A DNA stretch of 64,000 nt from Cyanobacteriota bacterium (GCA_046340795.1 JBKDSV010000009.1:13505-77504); one strand, 5' to 3'. Positions 41,938-51,235 are shown, numbered from the stretch's first letter. The notes: a model not told the origin generated them from the letters alone. Made by a program: numbers and translations.

Positions 41938-42998
41938 GGGCGTGCTCCCACCAGAGCCCGGGCCACTTCGGCCGCCATGGCGCGGATCAGCTCCCCCGAG
42001 CGGGGATCATTGAAGGGACCCTTCACCATGAAGGCGGCCACGGCGCGCTGGCCATTGGGCAGTTGGATCAGGCCGGCGTCAGCGTAGGCGATGCCGATGT
42101 CACCTGTCTTGTTGTACACCTTGATGCCATAGGAGAGAAGTTCGCTGTCAGGGTCCGCGGCCTCCCTGTTGAAGCCCTTGAGCAGACCCGCTGGCAGCAG
42201 GGTGTTGGTGGCGGAGGTGCCGAGGATCTCGCGGAAAAGGTCACGGGCCCGGGGACCGAGCTTCTCGCCGGTGTCCACCAGGGCGATCGAGCGGGCCAAA
42301 TCGCGGGCGCTGCTTGTGTTGGTGCCATTGAGATCGGGCAACCAGTTGCGCAGAACGGTGGCACCGAGGCCCAGATCCTGGAACGTGGCGTTGAGCGTCT
42401 TTTTGCCGCCGAGGCGTTGGATCAACAGGTTGGTGGCGCTGTTGTCACTCACCCGGATCATTTCGGTGGCGGCTTCGTGGAAGGGGAAGCGGGTGCCGAG
42501 GGGTTTGTTGGCCATCCAGCCGGCCCCGCCGCCCCGGGTCTCCTTGGTCAGGGGGAGGGGTTCGTCCCAGCGCAACCGGCCCTGGTCATAGCGATCGAGG
42601 GCGACCAGGAGGATGGGCGTCTTGATGGAGCTCGCGGCCGGCAAGGGCTGATCGGGATGGAGTTCGGCGTAGCGACCGTCATCCAACACCAGCAGATAGG
42701 CGGCGGCAGTCAGGCCCTTCTGGGCGGCGGCGAGCTTGGCCCAGCGCTGACTCACGGCGGACAGTTCACGCCGAGGCTCAAATCGCCCCAGGCCCCGGTG
42801 GCCATCGGCAAGCACCTTCGGGGCGGGATCCAGACGGGGCACACCCAACGTGCCCCGGGCCAAGCGCGGCGCCAGGAGCTTGAGGGCGGTGCCGGCGATC
42901 ACCCCCAGCCCGGCGCCGATCACCACCAGGCGCAGGATCAGCAGGAAGGGCCCGCTCCAGGGCGACCTGGCGGAGCGGGGCGGGCGACCGTTCGTCAC
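41934..42998 (-). CDS. Class A beta-lactamase-like serine hydrolase (cyanobacterial PBP-A type)
   Basis: AASSIK (SxxK), SDNSATN, NKTGDIG; N-terminal TM helix. Confidence 0.9.
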   Translation of the reverse strand: MTNGRPPRSARSPWSGPFLLILRLVVIGAGLGVIAGTALKLLAPRLARGTLGVPRLDPAPKVLADGHRGLGRFEPRRELSAVSQRWAKLAAAQKGLTAAAYLLVLDDGRYAELHPDQPLPAASSIKTPILLVALDRYDQGRLRWDEPLPLTKETRGGGAGWMANKPLGTRFPFHEAATEMIRVSDNSATNLLIQRLGGKKTLNATFQDLGLGATVLRNWLPDLNGTNTSSARDLARSIALVDTGEKLGPRARDLFREILGTSATNTLLPAGLLKGFNREAADPDSELLSYGIKVYNKTGDIGIAYADAGLIQLPNGQRAVAAFMVKGPFNDPRSGELIRAMAAEVARALVGARP

Positions 42999-43030
42999 AG
43001 GGAGGCGATGGTGAACAGGGCGACTCGACG

Positions 43031-43858
43031 CTAGTGGTCCCCCCCGACGGGCATACCCCGGCGGCTGGCCCAGCGCAACTGGCACACCATGCCGCGCAGG
43101 AGGGCCACATCGTTCTCGGTCAGCTGGGCCCGCTGGAGAAGGGCACGCAGCTTGGCCATGCGGGCGCGGGCGGTGTGGGGATGGAGAAAACCGACCTCCA
43201 GCAGGAGGGCTTCGGCATCCGTGAGGGCGGCTTCGATGAGGCCACGCGGCGCCAGGGGCGCGCAGGCTCCCGGTACCGCAGCGGTTATGGCCTGAGCCCG
43301 CTCTGGCGCCGGAGCCTGGCGGAGGCTCCAGAGCTGGTGGAGCGCCACAGCCACCGCGTGGGACAGGTTGAGAGAGGAATAAGTGGCGGCAGGGATGTGC
43401 AGCAGACAGCCCGCCCTGAGCAACTCCGTGTTGGAGAGGCCGCGATCCTCCCGCCCGAACACCAGCGCCGCCCCCTCCCCTTGCCCCTCACCCGCCGTGA
43501 CCTCCGGAGCGTCCAGGATGCCGTGACGCTCCGTTCCGGAGCTGGCCGTCGGCGCGGCCAGCAGCCAGGCCAATGCCTCGCCAGGCGAGCGCAACGGCAG
43601 GGGCGCTCCCTCCAGCCGACCGGTGGCCGCCACCACGCGGCGGCAATCGGCCAGGGCGGCGGCGAGATCGGGAAAGATCAGGGCTCGCTCCAAATGGCCA
43701 ACACCATGGACAGCCATTTGGCGCGCTTCTGCGCTGAGTGGATCGCAGCGGGGGGCCACCAGGCGCAGCTGGCTGACGGCGAAATTGGCACACAGTCGCG
43801 CCACGCTGCCCACGTTGCGGGCCCCAAGCGGTTCGACCAGCACCAGATGAAGGTTCAA
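43031..43858 (-). CDS. SpoU/TrmJ family RNA methyltransferase
   Basis: LVEPLGARNVGSVAR, LVFGREDRGL, YSSLNLSHAV. Confidence 0.92.
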   Translation of the reverse strand: MNLHLVLVEPLGARNVGSVARLCANFAVSQLRLVAPRCDPLSAEARQMAVHGVGHLERALIFPDLAAALADCRRVVAATGRLEGAPLPLRSPGEALAWLLAAPTASSGTERHGILDAPEVTAGEGQGEGAALVFGREDRGLSNTELLRAGCLLHIPAATYSSLNLSHAVAVALHQLWSLRQAPAPERAQAITAAVPGACAPLAPRGLIEAALTDAEALLLEVGFLHPHTARARMAKLRALLQRAQLTENDVALLRGMVCQLRWASRRGMPVGGDH

Positions 43859-44304
43859 GGCAAGCTGTGCAGGAAGGCCAGCAGATCCGCCATGGTCTGC
43901 GGATCAGGCTGGAAGCGGGGCATCGGCGGCGTGCGACCGCTCACCACCTGTTGGATGAGCTGACGATCGTTTTTGCGTTGGCTCACGCCGTGCAGGTTGG
44001 GCCCCACCAGCCCCTGGGCGGCCAGGCCGTGGCAACCGGCGCAGTTGAGGCGAAACAGGCGCCCCCCGTTGCCGACATCCCCCCGGATCTGGAGGGTGGC
44101 GCGGGTATAGGGATCGGCGCGCAGGGCGGGAAGGAGCATCACCAGGCTGAACAGCAGCACAGCCAGGCCCGCTACCAGGGCGAGAAGGGTCAGCAGCCGC
44201 CGGCCTCGGGGAGGGCCGTCCGGTGGCGGGAGGGCGTGCACGGCGTTCGCGGCCGGGGTCACCGGGGTGGAGCCGGAGGCGGCGAGGGGAGCGGGGGCTG
44301 TCAC
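43855..44304 (-). CDS. cytM: Cytochrome cM; start approximate
   Basis: CAGCHG heme motif, GRTPPMP, divergent from petG. Confidence 0.85.
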   Translation of the reverse strand: MTAPAPLAASGSTPVTPAANAVHALPPPDGPPRGRRLLTLLALVAGLAVLLFSLVMLLPALRADPYTRATLQIRGDVGNGGRLFRLNCAGCHGLAAQGLVGPNLHGVSQRKNDRQLIQQVVSGRTPPMPRFQPDPQTMADLLAFLHSLP

Positions 44305-44376
44305 AGATCGAGAAACGGTCGCCAGGAGGGAGTGGGCCGTGAAAGAATGCGTGCACGCGCCTCGCTGTGATTCTCC

Positions 44377-44487
44377 GTGATTGAACCCCTCCTCTGCGGC
44401 ATCGTGCTCGGATTGATTCCGGTCACCCTGGTGGGACTGTTCGTCGCGGCCTGGAACCAATATCGCCGGGGCAACGCCTTGGGTTGA
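44377..44487 (+). CDS. petG: Cytochrome b6f subunit 5 (absent from the ORF track)
   Basis: Manual translation [36 protein letters not shown]. Confidence 0.96.
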   Translation: MIEPLLCGIVLGLIPVTLVGLFVAAWNQYRRGNALG

Positions 44488-44610
44488 GGAGAGCCTCTGT
44501 CGCGGGAAGCGGACGCAGGCAGGTTGGCGGCCAAGCCAGGCGACGCCGAGCAGCCCGGTTTCCTTACTTCGCCTTGACGCGTCAAACGTGCCATCACGAG
44601 CAAGCCTGCA

Positions 44611-44845
44611 CTTGATTCGGCAAAAAGCTCCGCTGGTGCTCTGGGCCAACTCAAGGGCATCTCGAGCAATCCCGCCCCCCCTTGCCTGCCGGAGTGAAAT
44701 CCCTTCCCTTCACGGACCTCGCTGACCGGTCATGGCAGGCCAAACGTGATTTTTCGAGGCGCCCTCAAAGTGAAGACTGGGCTTCTCTTCTGCTCTTGCC
44801 CGAGTGGCTCGTTTTGGGATTGGCGGAGCTTGCTGCCGAATCAAG
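44611..44845. mobile_element. Outer MITE (about 121 bp plus nested insert), possibly IS4-like
   Basis: 23-bp TIR CTTGATTCGGCAAAAAGCTCCGC / GCGGAGCTTGCTGCCGAATCAAG (21/23); perfect 8-bp duplication AGCCTGCA (44603-44610, 44846-44853). Confidence 0.8.
44655..44764. mobile_element. IS5-like MITE family C, copy 1 (110 bp), nested in the outer MITE
   Basis: Degenerate TIR GGGCATCTCGAGCAATC / GATTTTTCGAGGCGCCC; TCAA on both flanks; homologous to 45277-45387. Confidence 0.85.
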
Positions 44846-44898
44846 AGCCTGCAGCGACGTCCTGGAATTTTCACAGGTTTCCAACTGGTTTGCCCAGC

Positions 44899-45043
44899 CA
44901 GGGCTGCCTCAAGGTCAAGGTGAGGTCCCGCAAATGGAGCTGAAGAACGCGGACTGTCCTGGCTGGGCACAAATGACGAGACGGGTCTGTCGATGGACAG
45001 GCGCCCTGATCCCCGGCTTCCACAGGACTTTTGGTCAGCCCTG
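44899..45043. mobile_element. ISAs1-type MITE, copy 2 (145 bp)
   Basis: CAGGGCTG...CAGCCCTG ends; perfect 10-bp duplication TTTGCCCAGC (44889-44898, 45044-45053). Confidence 0.85.
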
Positions 45044-45276
45044 TTTGCCCAGCTCTTGAAGCTTGCGCAGCTCTTGAAAAGGGACCGCAACCTGCTCAAT
45101 CTTCTCAGCCCGGTTGAGAGTTCTGGTCTCCTGGGCTGGCCAAGCTCCCAAACGGGAACTTTGGTCTGCCCCGATCTGTGGGGCTTGCGAAAAGGGAGCT
45201 CGCTCCGCTCGACTGGTGCAGCCCTCGAACACGGGCTTTGCTCGCTCTGAGCTGACCATACCGACCGGCTCCATAA

Positions 45277-45387
45277 GGGCACCTCGAAAAATCCCGCCTC
45301 CCCCTTGCCTGCCGGAGTGAAATCCCTTGCCTTCACGGACCTCGCTGACCGGTCGCGGCAGGCCAAATGTGATTTTTCGAGGTGCCC
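45277..45387. mobile_element. IS5-like MITE family C, copy 2 (111 bp)
   Basis: Perfect 17-bp TIR GGGCACCTCGAAAAATC / GATTTTTCGAGGTGCCC; ATAA on both flanks. Confidence 0.88.
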
Positions 45388-45449
45388 ATAACAACCAATT
45401 GTTTCTTTGCACTCATTCGGGATCGATTTGCGATTCTGAGCGGCGCCAA

Positions 45450-45549
45450 GGAAGCTCTGGAGAACCGGTCGCCAGTGGAAGCCGTCCCTTGCGCCAACTG
45501 GGAGCTCCGCGCTCTCATCGGTGCCGCTGAGGGGTTTTCCAGAGCCTCC
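45450..45549. mobile_element. IS5-like MITE family B, copy 2 (100 bp)
   Basis: TIR GGAAGCTCTGGAGAACC / GGTTTTCCAGAGCCTCC; flanks CCAA / CTAA. Confidence 0.8.
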
Positions 45550-46158
45550 CTAAGCAGCCCGACCAATAGACATAACATGGCCTGCGCGGCAGGCCAGCGA
45601 CTGCTTGGGTTGTTGTCGTTGGTGTGTTGAAGTTTTTTCTCTGGCTACTCAAGCGGGCTCTGTAGGGCTTGATCGGAACGGTGCCTGGGCAGCGTTCGGC
45701 AGGTGGAGGGACCAGTCATGGGGGCTGTGCACCGGCCTGGTGCCTTGATGCGGAGAGGCGAAACATCTGATCCTGCCATCTCCAAAGAGGCTTGGCTTCG
45801 CTGGGAGGCACGCAGAAGCCCCCCCCAAGAGAATCATTCAGGAAGATAACGGTGACAAGCGACGAACAGGTGGCACAGAACGCCAACGAAGCCTGGCAAT
45901 GCAAATATCGCATAGGACAAGCGCACCACAAATCCAGAGCGACCTGTTGCGACGTTGCGCAATTGAAAGTGTTTTGCCCAATCCAGGGGCACGCAGAAGC
46001 AGATTTTCTCCTATCCTTGCTCACGATGAGAAGAAACTTTAAGCTTTTGCATTCCGACCTGCCTGTTTCGCGGCATTCGAAATTCTTTTTATTCTTCCCC
46101 GCTCAAGACGACTTTCATTCCCTGAATCCTGATGTCTCCATCCTTTGCCACTTGAAGC

Positions 46159-47217
46159 ATGGAGCTACCAATACATCCAGCCAGTGGGCTCAAGCATCCG
46201 CTTCAACACCAGCTCAAGATCTCCAAGGATCCCGACGTTTGCGCAAGCAACCTGGCCAAAGTGCTGCCGCTGCACCATCTCGATCCTCTCACTCCTGCTA
46301 ACGAGTGGTGGCATCACAATGGGGAGCTCCCCTTGCCCCAACTGCCCATTGCCGCCTGTATCGGCTCTCCTTTCCTGTTGGAATGCAGCAATCACCCACT
46401 CCACAGGCTGGTGCTGGTACACGACGGACATGCCACCGTCCAGCAACACGACCAGAGCCACACCCTTGACGCTGGCGATGGGGTGATCCTTCCCGGCAAG
46501 CCGCCCTGGAACCTCCTTGGACAACACAGCAGCATCACCACCATCGGCTTCGATCCGCTGCTTCTGTTGACCGCTGCCCGGAACATGTCCCCCACCCATT
46601 GGGCGCCCCCCTCCCCTGTTGACTCGCCGCTGCGGCGCCTGCTCCCCCTCCCTACCCGAACCGATGGACACTGTGCCGCCCTGGTCGGTGTCATCAGCCT
46701 GGAGTTGCCGGCCATCCATCAGATGGCCCAGCTGGGCGACAACGTTCTCGAAGGCTTCCTGCTGCTTGAGCAGCTCTACCGGATCATCGCCGCCCTCGTT
46801 TTCCCCGAACTGCGCCATGGCCCTTCCGTCGGCGACAAAGAAGTCGCTAACGGTGACCGACGCCTGGATCGCCTGCTCGACTACATCACGCTCCATCTCT
46901 CTGACCCCCTCCCCCTGAGCGTGCTCGAAGCTCAGAGCCACTACTCCCGCCGCTCCCTCCACTACGCCTTCCAGGAACGCTTTGGCTGCAGTCCGATGCA
47001 GTGGATTCGCCGGCAGCGCATGCGGGTGGCGCTTCAACGCCTGCAGGACGCCCACTCCGGCGAAACCGTGGCCGCCGTGGTCGCCGCCTGCGGCTACCGC
47101 TCCCAGAGCCGCTTCCGCATTGACTTCGAGCGTGCCTATGGCTGGAAGCCTTCCGCCGTGCTGCGGGGAGCGGTCGTCGTCCATGGCTCCAGCAACACCA
47201 GCTCACTGGCGCCGTAG
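46159..47217 (+). CDS. AraC family transcriptional regulator
   Basis: LDYITLHL, SRRSLHYAFQERFGCSPMQWIRRQRM, ACGYRSQSRFRIDFERAYGWKPS double HTH. Confidence 0.92.
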   Translation: MELPIHPASGLKHPLQHQLKISKDPDVCASNLAKVLPLHHLDPLTPANEWWHHNGELPLPQLPIAACIGSPFLLECSNHPLHRLVLVHDGHATVQQHDQSHTLDAGDGVILPGKPPWNLLGQHSSITTIGFDPLLLLTAARNMSPTHWAPPSPVDSPLRRLLPLPTRTDGHCAALVGVISLELPAIHQMAQLGDNVLEGFLLLEQLYRIIAALVFPELRHGPSVGDKEVANGDRRLDRLLDYITLHLSDPLPLSVLEAQSHYSRRSLHYAFQERFGCSPMQWIRRQRMRVALQRLQDAHSGETVAAVVAACGYRSQSRFRIDFERAYGWKPSAVLRGAVVVHGSSNTSSLAP

Positions 47218-47750
47218 GCCCGACGCAGCCGCTCCCGCCATCCCGGTGGGATGGTCAGCGCCGTTCCGAGGCCGCTCTCCCACAGCAAGGTGCCCCCCGT
47301 CGCCAGCCAGCCGCCTGCGGCCACGGCCTCCGCCAAGGCCCCATGCAACCCCGCCGCCCAGGGAGGGTCGGCGTAAATCAGATCAAAGGGCGCCAGACCG
47401 CTGGCCAGTGCGCCCCGGCCGAGAAAGCGCAACACCTCCCGCTCCACCACCGCCACCGTCGGGGCCCGCCCGCCTTCTGGGGCGATGGCTTCGGCCACTG
47501 CGGCCAGATTGGCCCGCGCCACAGCCGCCACCCGCCGATCCATCTCCACCAGCACCACCGCCGCGGCTCCCCGCTGCAGCGCTTCACAGGCCATCACCCC
47601 ACTGCCGCCACAGAGCTCCAACCAGCGGCAGCCCCGCAGCTCACCAGCGAGCATGTTCATCACCGCCTGACGCACCCGAGCTGTGGTCGGACGGGCCAGC
47701 TCCCCCTTGGGGCTGCGCAACCGCCGGCCCCCGCTCAGCCGCAACACCAC
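47136..47750 (-). CDS. rsmD: 16S rRNA m2G966 methyltransferase; start approximate
   Basis: RLSGGRRL, RPTTARVRQAVMNML, LELCGGSG, FDLIYADPPW. Confidence 0.92.
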   Translation of the reverse strand: MVLRLSGGRRLRSPKGELARPTTARVRQAVMNMLAGELRGCRWLELCGGSGVMACEALQRGAAAVVLVEMDRRVAAVARANLAAVAEAIAPEGGRAPTVAVVEREVLRFLGRGALASGLAPFDLIYADPPWAAGLHGALAEAVAAGGWLATGGTLLWESGLGTALTIPPGWRERLRRAYGASELVLLEPWTTTAPRSTAEGFQP

Positions 47751-47752
47751 CG

Positions 47753-48376
47753 TCAGCCCCGCTCCACCCAGGCCAGCCAGCGACGCAGCATCGCCGCGCC
47801 AGCCCCGCTGGATTTTTCTGGATGGAACTGGCAGGCGGAAATCACACCCTGCCACAACGCCGCTGGCACCGCCTCCTCCCCCCAAGCGACCCGGGCCGTG
47901 ACGCAGGCTGGATCCACCGGCACAGCCGCATAGGAATGGACGAAGTACACCCAGGTGGCGGGCGCCTCCTCCGGCAGGAGTGGCGAGGGATGGGCCGGCA
48001 GCAGCGGTGCCCAGCCCATGTGGGGAATGGGATGGCCCGGCCATCGCGGCAGGGCGGCCACATGACCCGCCACAAGACCCAACCCCTCGCCCTGCCCCTC
48101 CTCACTGCGCTCGAAGAGCAGCTGCAAGCCCAGGCAAATGCCCAGCAGCGGACGACCGGCGGCGCAGGAGCGCCGCAGCGGCTCCACCAGGGACGCCGCG
48201 GTCAACCGCTCCATGGCGGGGTCAAAAGCGCCCACTCCGGGCAACACCAGCGCCGCGCAGCCCTCCATCGCCGCCGCGCCCCGCACCGGCACCACCTCTG
48301 CCCCCAGCCGCTCAAAGGCTCGCTGCACCGAATGCAGATTGCCCATGCCGTAATCCACCAGGCCCAGCCGCGTCAT
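47753..48376 (-). CDS. hisH: Imidazole glycerol phosphate synthase glutaminase subunit
   Basis: DYGMGNLHSV, LPGVGAF, GICLGLQ, YFVHSY, QFHPEKS. Confidence 0.97.
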   Translation of the reverse strand: MTRLGLVDYGMGNLHSVQRAFERLGAEVVPVRGAAAMEGCAALVLPGVGAFDPAMERLTAASLVEPLRRSCAAGRPLLGICLGLQLLFERSEEGQGEGLGLVAGHVAALPRWPGHPIPHMGWAPLLPAHPSPLLPEEAPATWVYFVHSYAAVPVDPACVTARVAWGEEAVPAALWQGVISACQFHPEKSSGAGAAMLRRWLAWVERG

Positions 48377-48383
48377 GGGAGCG

Positions 48384-49415
48384 TCATGCCGGAGAACAGA
48401 GACGCTCAGCCGGATGGTTCAACGCGGGAGCGGTGGGCAGCTCCCGGCCGTTGAGATGTTCCAGAAACTGATACAGGCGGCCCACGCGGCGCTTGTCAAA
48501 GCGCAGGCGCAGACAGGGGCGCAGGATGCCGTTGTCATCCACACTCTCCCCGGCGCCAATGGCGCCATCCTCCAGCAGATCACCAAAACGCTGGTTGAGC
48601 TCGGGCAGCTGCTCCGGGGGGATGGGGGCATTGAGCAGAAGTTCCATCCGGTCTTGCTGCAACCGCGCACTGTGATAGACGCGGTAGAAGTGACAGATGC
48701 GCGCCACCGCCTCCGCAGCGCAGCGTGCCTCCACCACCAGGGCCCGATCTTCCGGCAGGATCAGGTTGCGGTTGGCCAGCACCTCGGTGACATTGGCCTG
48801 CCACATCGCCCAGAAATCATCACCTTCTGGCGCTAGCACCACCAACGGAATGGGCGATGTGCGACCTGTCTGGATCAGGGTGAGGGATTCAAACAGCTCG
48901 TCGAGGGTGCCGAAGCCTCCGGGCAAGACCACGAGCGCATCGCTTTCCCGTAGGAAAAACAACTTGCGGGTGAAGAAATAACGGAAGTAGAGCAGGCGAC
49001 CGGAACGGGCGCTCACATAGGGATTGGGGTGTTGTTCATAAGGGAGATCCACGTTCAGGCCAATGCTGTGGAGGGTACCGGCGCCGCTGTTGGCGGCCTC
49101 CATCACCCCACCCCCTGCTCCGGTCATCACATCAAAGCCGGCTTCCACCGCCAGCCGGGCCAGCTCCTCCGCCAATGCGTAGGAGGGGTCAGGGGCTTCG
49201 ATGCGGGCGGATCCGAAGACGCTGATCTTGCGGGCCCCGCGACTGGGGCGAAACACCTGCAGCGCTTCACTGATGTCGGCCAGACACCCGCTGATCAGGC
49301 GCCACACTTCTTCCTCGTCTTTCTCCGTGCGGGAGACCTCCAGCAGGGAGAGGACCGCCCGCTCAATCAGGCGCCTGTGGGGATGACCAACCAACTGCTC
49401 GGCCAGCGCCTCCAA
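48384..49415 (-). CDS. LOG family (TIGR00730-type) protein
   Basis: SVFGSAR, TGAGGGVMEA, YFFTRK, LPGGFGTLDE. Confidence 0.9.
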   Translation of the reverse strand: MEALAEQLVGHPHRRLIERAVLSLLEVSRTEKDEEEVWRLISGCLADISEALQVFRPSRGARKISVFGSARIEAPDPSYALAEELARLAVEAGFDVMTGAGGGVMEAANSGAGTLHSIGLNVDLPYEQHPNPYVSARSGRLLYFRYFFTRKLFFLRESDALVVLPGGFGTLDELFESLTLIQTGRTSPIPLVVLAPEGDDFWAMWQANVTEVLANRNLILPEDRALVVEARCAAEAVARICHFYRVYHSARLQQDRMELLLNAPIPPEQLPELNQRFGDLLEDGAIGAGESVDDNGILRPCLRLRFDKRRVGRLYQFLEHLNGRELPTAPALNHPAERLCSPA

Positions 49416-49510
49416 CGGGCCACGGCCGCGTGCCGGAAAGGAGAGGGAGCAGGCCGTGGTGGACAGGGGATGGAAGGCGACGTGGAGGATCCGGGATCAG
49501 GCGCTTCGCC

Positions 49511-49843
49511 TCAGGAGGCGGGCACGTGTTTGGCGATCGTGCCACTGAGGGTGGTTTTGGGCACAGCGCCGACGACGGTGTCGACCTTCTCCCCACCCTT
49601 GAAAATCATCAGGGTGGGGATGCTACGGATGCCGTATTGGCTGGCCACGGTGGGATTTTCATCCGTGTTCAGCTTGTAGACCTTGATCTGCCCCTCGAAT
49701 TCCTTGGCGATCTCATCCACGATCGGAGCGACCATCCGGCATGGCCCGCACCAGGGGGCCCAAAAATCCACCAGCACGGGTTTGTCACTTTTGAGCACGT
49801 CCTGCTCGAAAGAAGCGTCAGTGACAGCCGGAGCGCTGGACAT
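49511..49843 (-). CDS. trxA: Thioredoxin
   Basis: [24 protein letters not shown]. Confidence 0.97.
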   Translation of the reverse strand: MSSAPAVTDASFEQDVLKSDKPVLVDFWAPWCGPCRMVAPIVDEIAKEFEGQIKVYKLNTDENPTVASQYGIRSIPTLMIFKGGEKVDTVVGAVPKTTLSGTIAKHVPAS

Positions 49844-49947
49844 CTGGATGGGCGGCAAGAGATTTGGTCAGTTTAGCGCTGTTGATCCGTGCATCCCGCT
49901 GCCTGGAAACAAGCGTTGCAGGCCGTTGCACTGGCGCAGCGTCAAGA

Positions 49948-49970
49948 CAAAAAGCCCGGACGCGCCGGGC
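49948..49970 (-). terminator. Rho-independent terminator of Yfr1
   Basis: Minus strand GCCCGGCGCGTCCGGGC followed by TTTTT. Confidence 0.85.
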
Positions 49971-50007
49971 CAAACGGTGTGAGGAGTGTGCGAGCCGTAG
50001 CCCCCAC
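49948..50007 (-). ncRNA. yfr1: Yfr1 small RNA; ends approximate
   Basis: Minus-strand ACTCCTCACAC at 49987-49977, between a 5' stem-loop and a GC hairpin plus U-tract; located between guaB and trxA as known for Yfr1. Confidence 0.9.
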
Positions 50008-50062
50008 GCCATCAGGGTAGCGCCCATGGGGCGTGCCGATCCCACAGCCGCCACAAGGAGGC

Positions 50063-51235
50063 CTATTTGCCCATTCCCAGCTGCTGCGCCTTTTGGTAGA
50101 CCTTCCCCTCGGTGAGCAGGGAGGGGGCCACGACCACCTCCACCTGCTGCATCTCCCGCAATGTGCGCGCTCCCAGGGTGCCCATGGACGTGCGGATGCA
50201 ACCCAGGAGATTTTGCGTGCCGTCATCCAGGCTGGCGGGACCCCGCAGGATCTTTTCCAAACTGCCGCTGGTGCCCACCTGAATGCGCGTGCCCCGTGGC
50301 AACACCGGACTCGGTGTCGCCATGCCCCAGTGGAAGCCGCGGCCAGGAGCTTCCGCCGCCCGGGCGATCGGCGAGCCGATCATCACCGCATCGGCCCCGC
50401 AGGCCAGGCACTTGCAGATGTCGCCCCCCGTGACAATGCCGCCATCGGCGATCACCGGCACAGCGCGACCACTCTCCTGCAAGTAATGCTCCCGGGCAGC
50501 GGCGCAGTCGGCCACGGCCGTGGCCTGGGGAATGCCAATGCCCAACACGCCCCGAGAGGTGCACGCCGCTCCCGGTCCGATGCCCACCATCACCCCGGCG
50601 GCGCCGGCGCGCATCAGTTGGAGGGCCACCTCATAGGTGACGCAGTTGCCGATCACCACCGGCACCCCCAGATCGCGACAGAACGCTTCCAGATCCAGGC
50701 TTTGGCGACCCACCGGGCCCAGATGCTCGGTGGAGACCACCGTGGCCTGGACAAACAACAGATCCGCCCCAGCCTCCGCCACCGCTGTGCCCAGGCGCAG
50801 GGCGGCCGCTGGCGTGGCGCTCACGGCGGCGATGCCCCCCCGCTCGCGAATCTCCGCGATGCGCTGACGCACGAGGGATTCCTGAACAGGCTGGCTGTAG
50901 AGCTCCTGCATCAGCGTTACAAACCCGTCCTTGCCCACCGCCGCAATCCGATCCAAGACGGGATTGGGATCCTCGTAGCGGCACTGCACGCCCTCCAGAT
51001 TGAGCACGCCCAGAGCACCCAGGCGAGAGAGCTCCACGGCCATGCCCACATCCACCACGCCATCCATGGCGCTGGCGATGATCGGAATCTCCCGCCGCAG
51101 GCCAGCAAGGTTCCAGTGGCTGTCGGTCACCTCCGGATCCACCGTGCGACCACCAGGCACCAGGGCGATTTCATCAATGCCGTAGGCGCGACGGACGGTG
51201 CGGAAGCGGCCGAGCGGAAGGGTCAAGGGAACCAT
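50063..51235 (-). CDS. guaB: IMP dehydrogenase-related oxidoreductase (GuaB3 type)
   Basis: AYGIDEIALVP, PIIASAMD, VGIGPGAACTSR, IADGGI, WGMATP. Confidence 0.93.
   Translation of the reverse strand: MVPLTLPLGRFRTVRRAYGIDEIALVPGGRTVDPEVTDSHWNLAGLRREIPIIASAMDGVVDVGMAVELSRLGALGVLNLEGVQCRYEDPNPVLDRIAAVGKDGFVTLMQELYSQPVQESLVRQRIAEIRERGGIAAVSATPAAALRLGTAVAEAGADLLFVQATVVSTEHLGPVGRQSLDLEAFCRDLGVPVVIGNCVTYEVALQLMRAGAAGVMVGIGPGAACTSRGVLGIGIPQATAVADCAAAREHYLQESGRAVPVIADGGIVTGGDICKCLACGADAVMIGSPIARAAEAPGRGFHWGMATPSPVLPRGTRIQVGTSGSLEKILRGPASLDDGTQNLLGCIRTSMGTLGARTLREMQQVEVVVAPSLLTEGKVYQKAQQLGMGK

Noticed and set aside
44710-45366. Similar peptides (SSFVPSQDxPRSSAPFAGP) in ORFs at 35337-35759 and 44710-45366 suggesting a gene family
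   Set aside because: They are chance translations of the shared ISAs1-type MITE.
44603-45553. Possible CRISPR array or cas-less repeat-spacer locus
   Set aside because: The repeats are 100-145 bp with TIRs and TSDs and irregular spacing, so they are MITEs.
45716-46024. Cys-rich small ORF as a possible RiPP precursor regulated by AraC
   Set aside because: No Nif11 or double-Gly leader, no modifying enzyme or transporter nearby, and overlapping frames are equally unconvincing.
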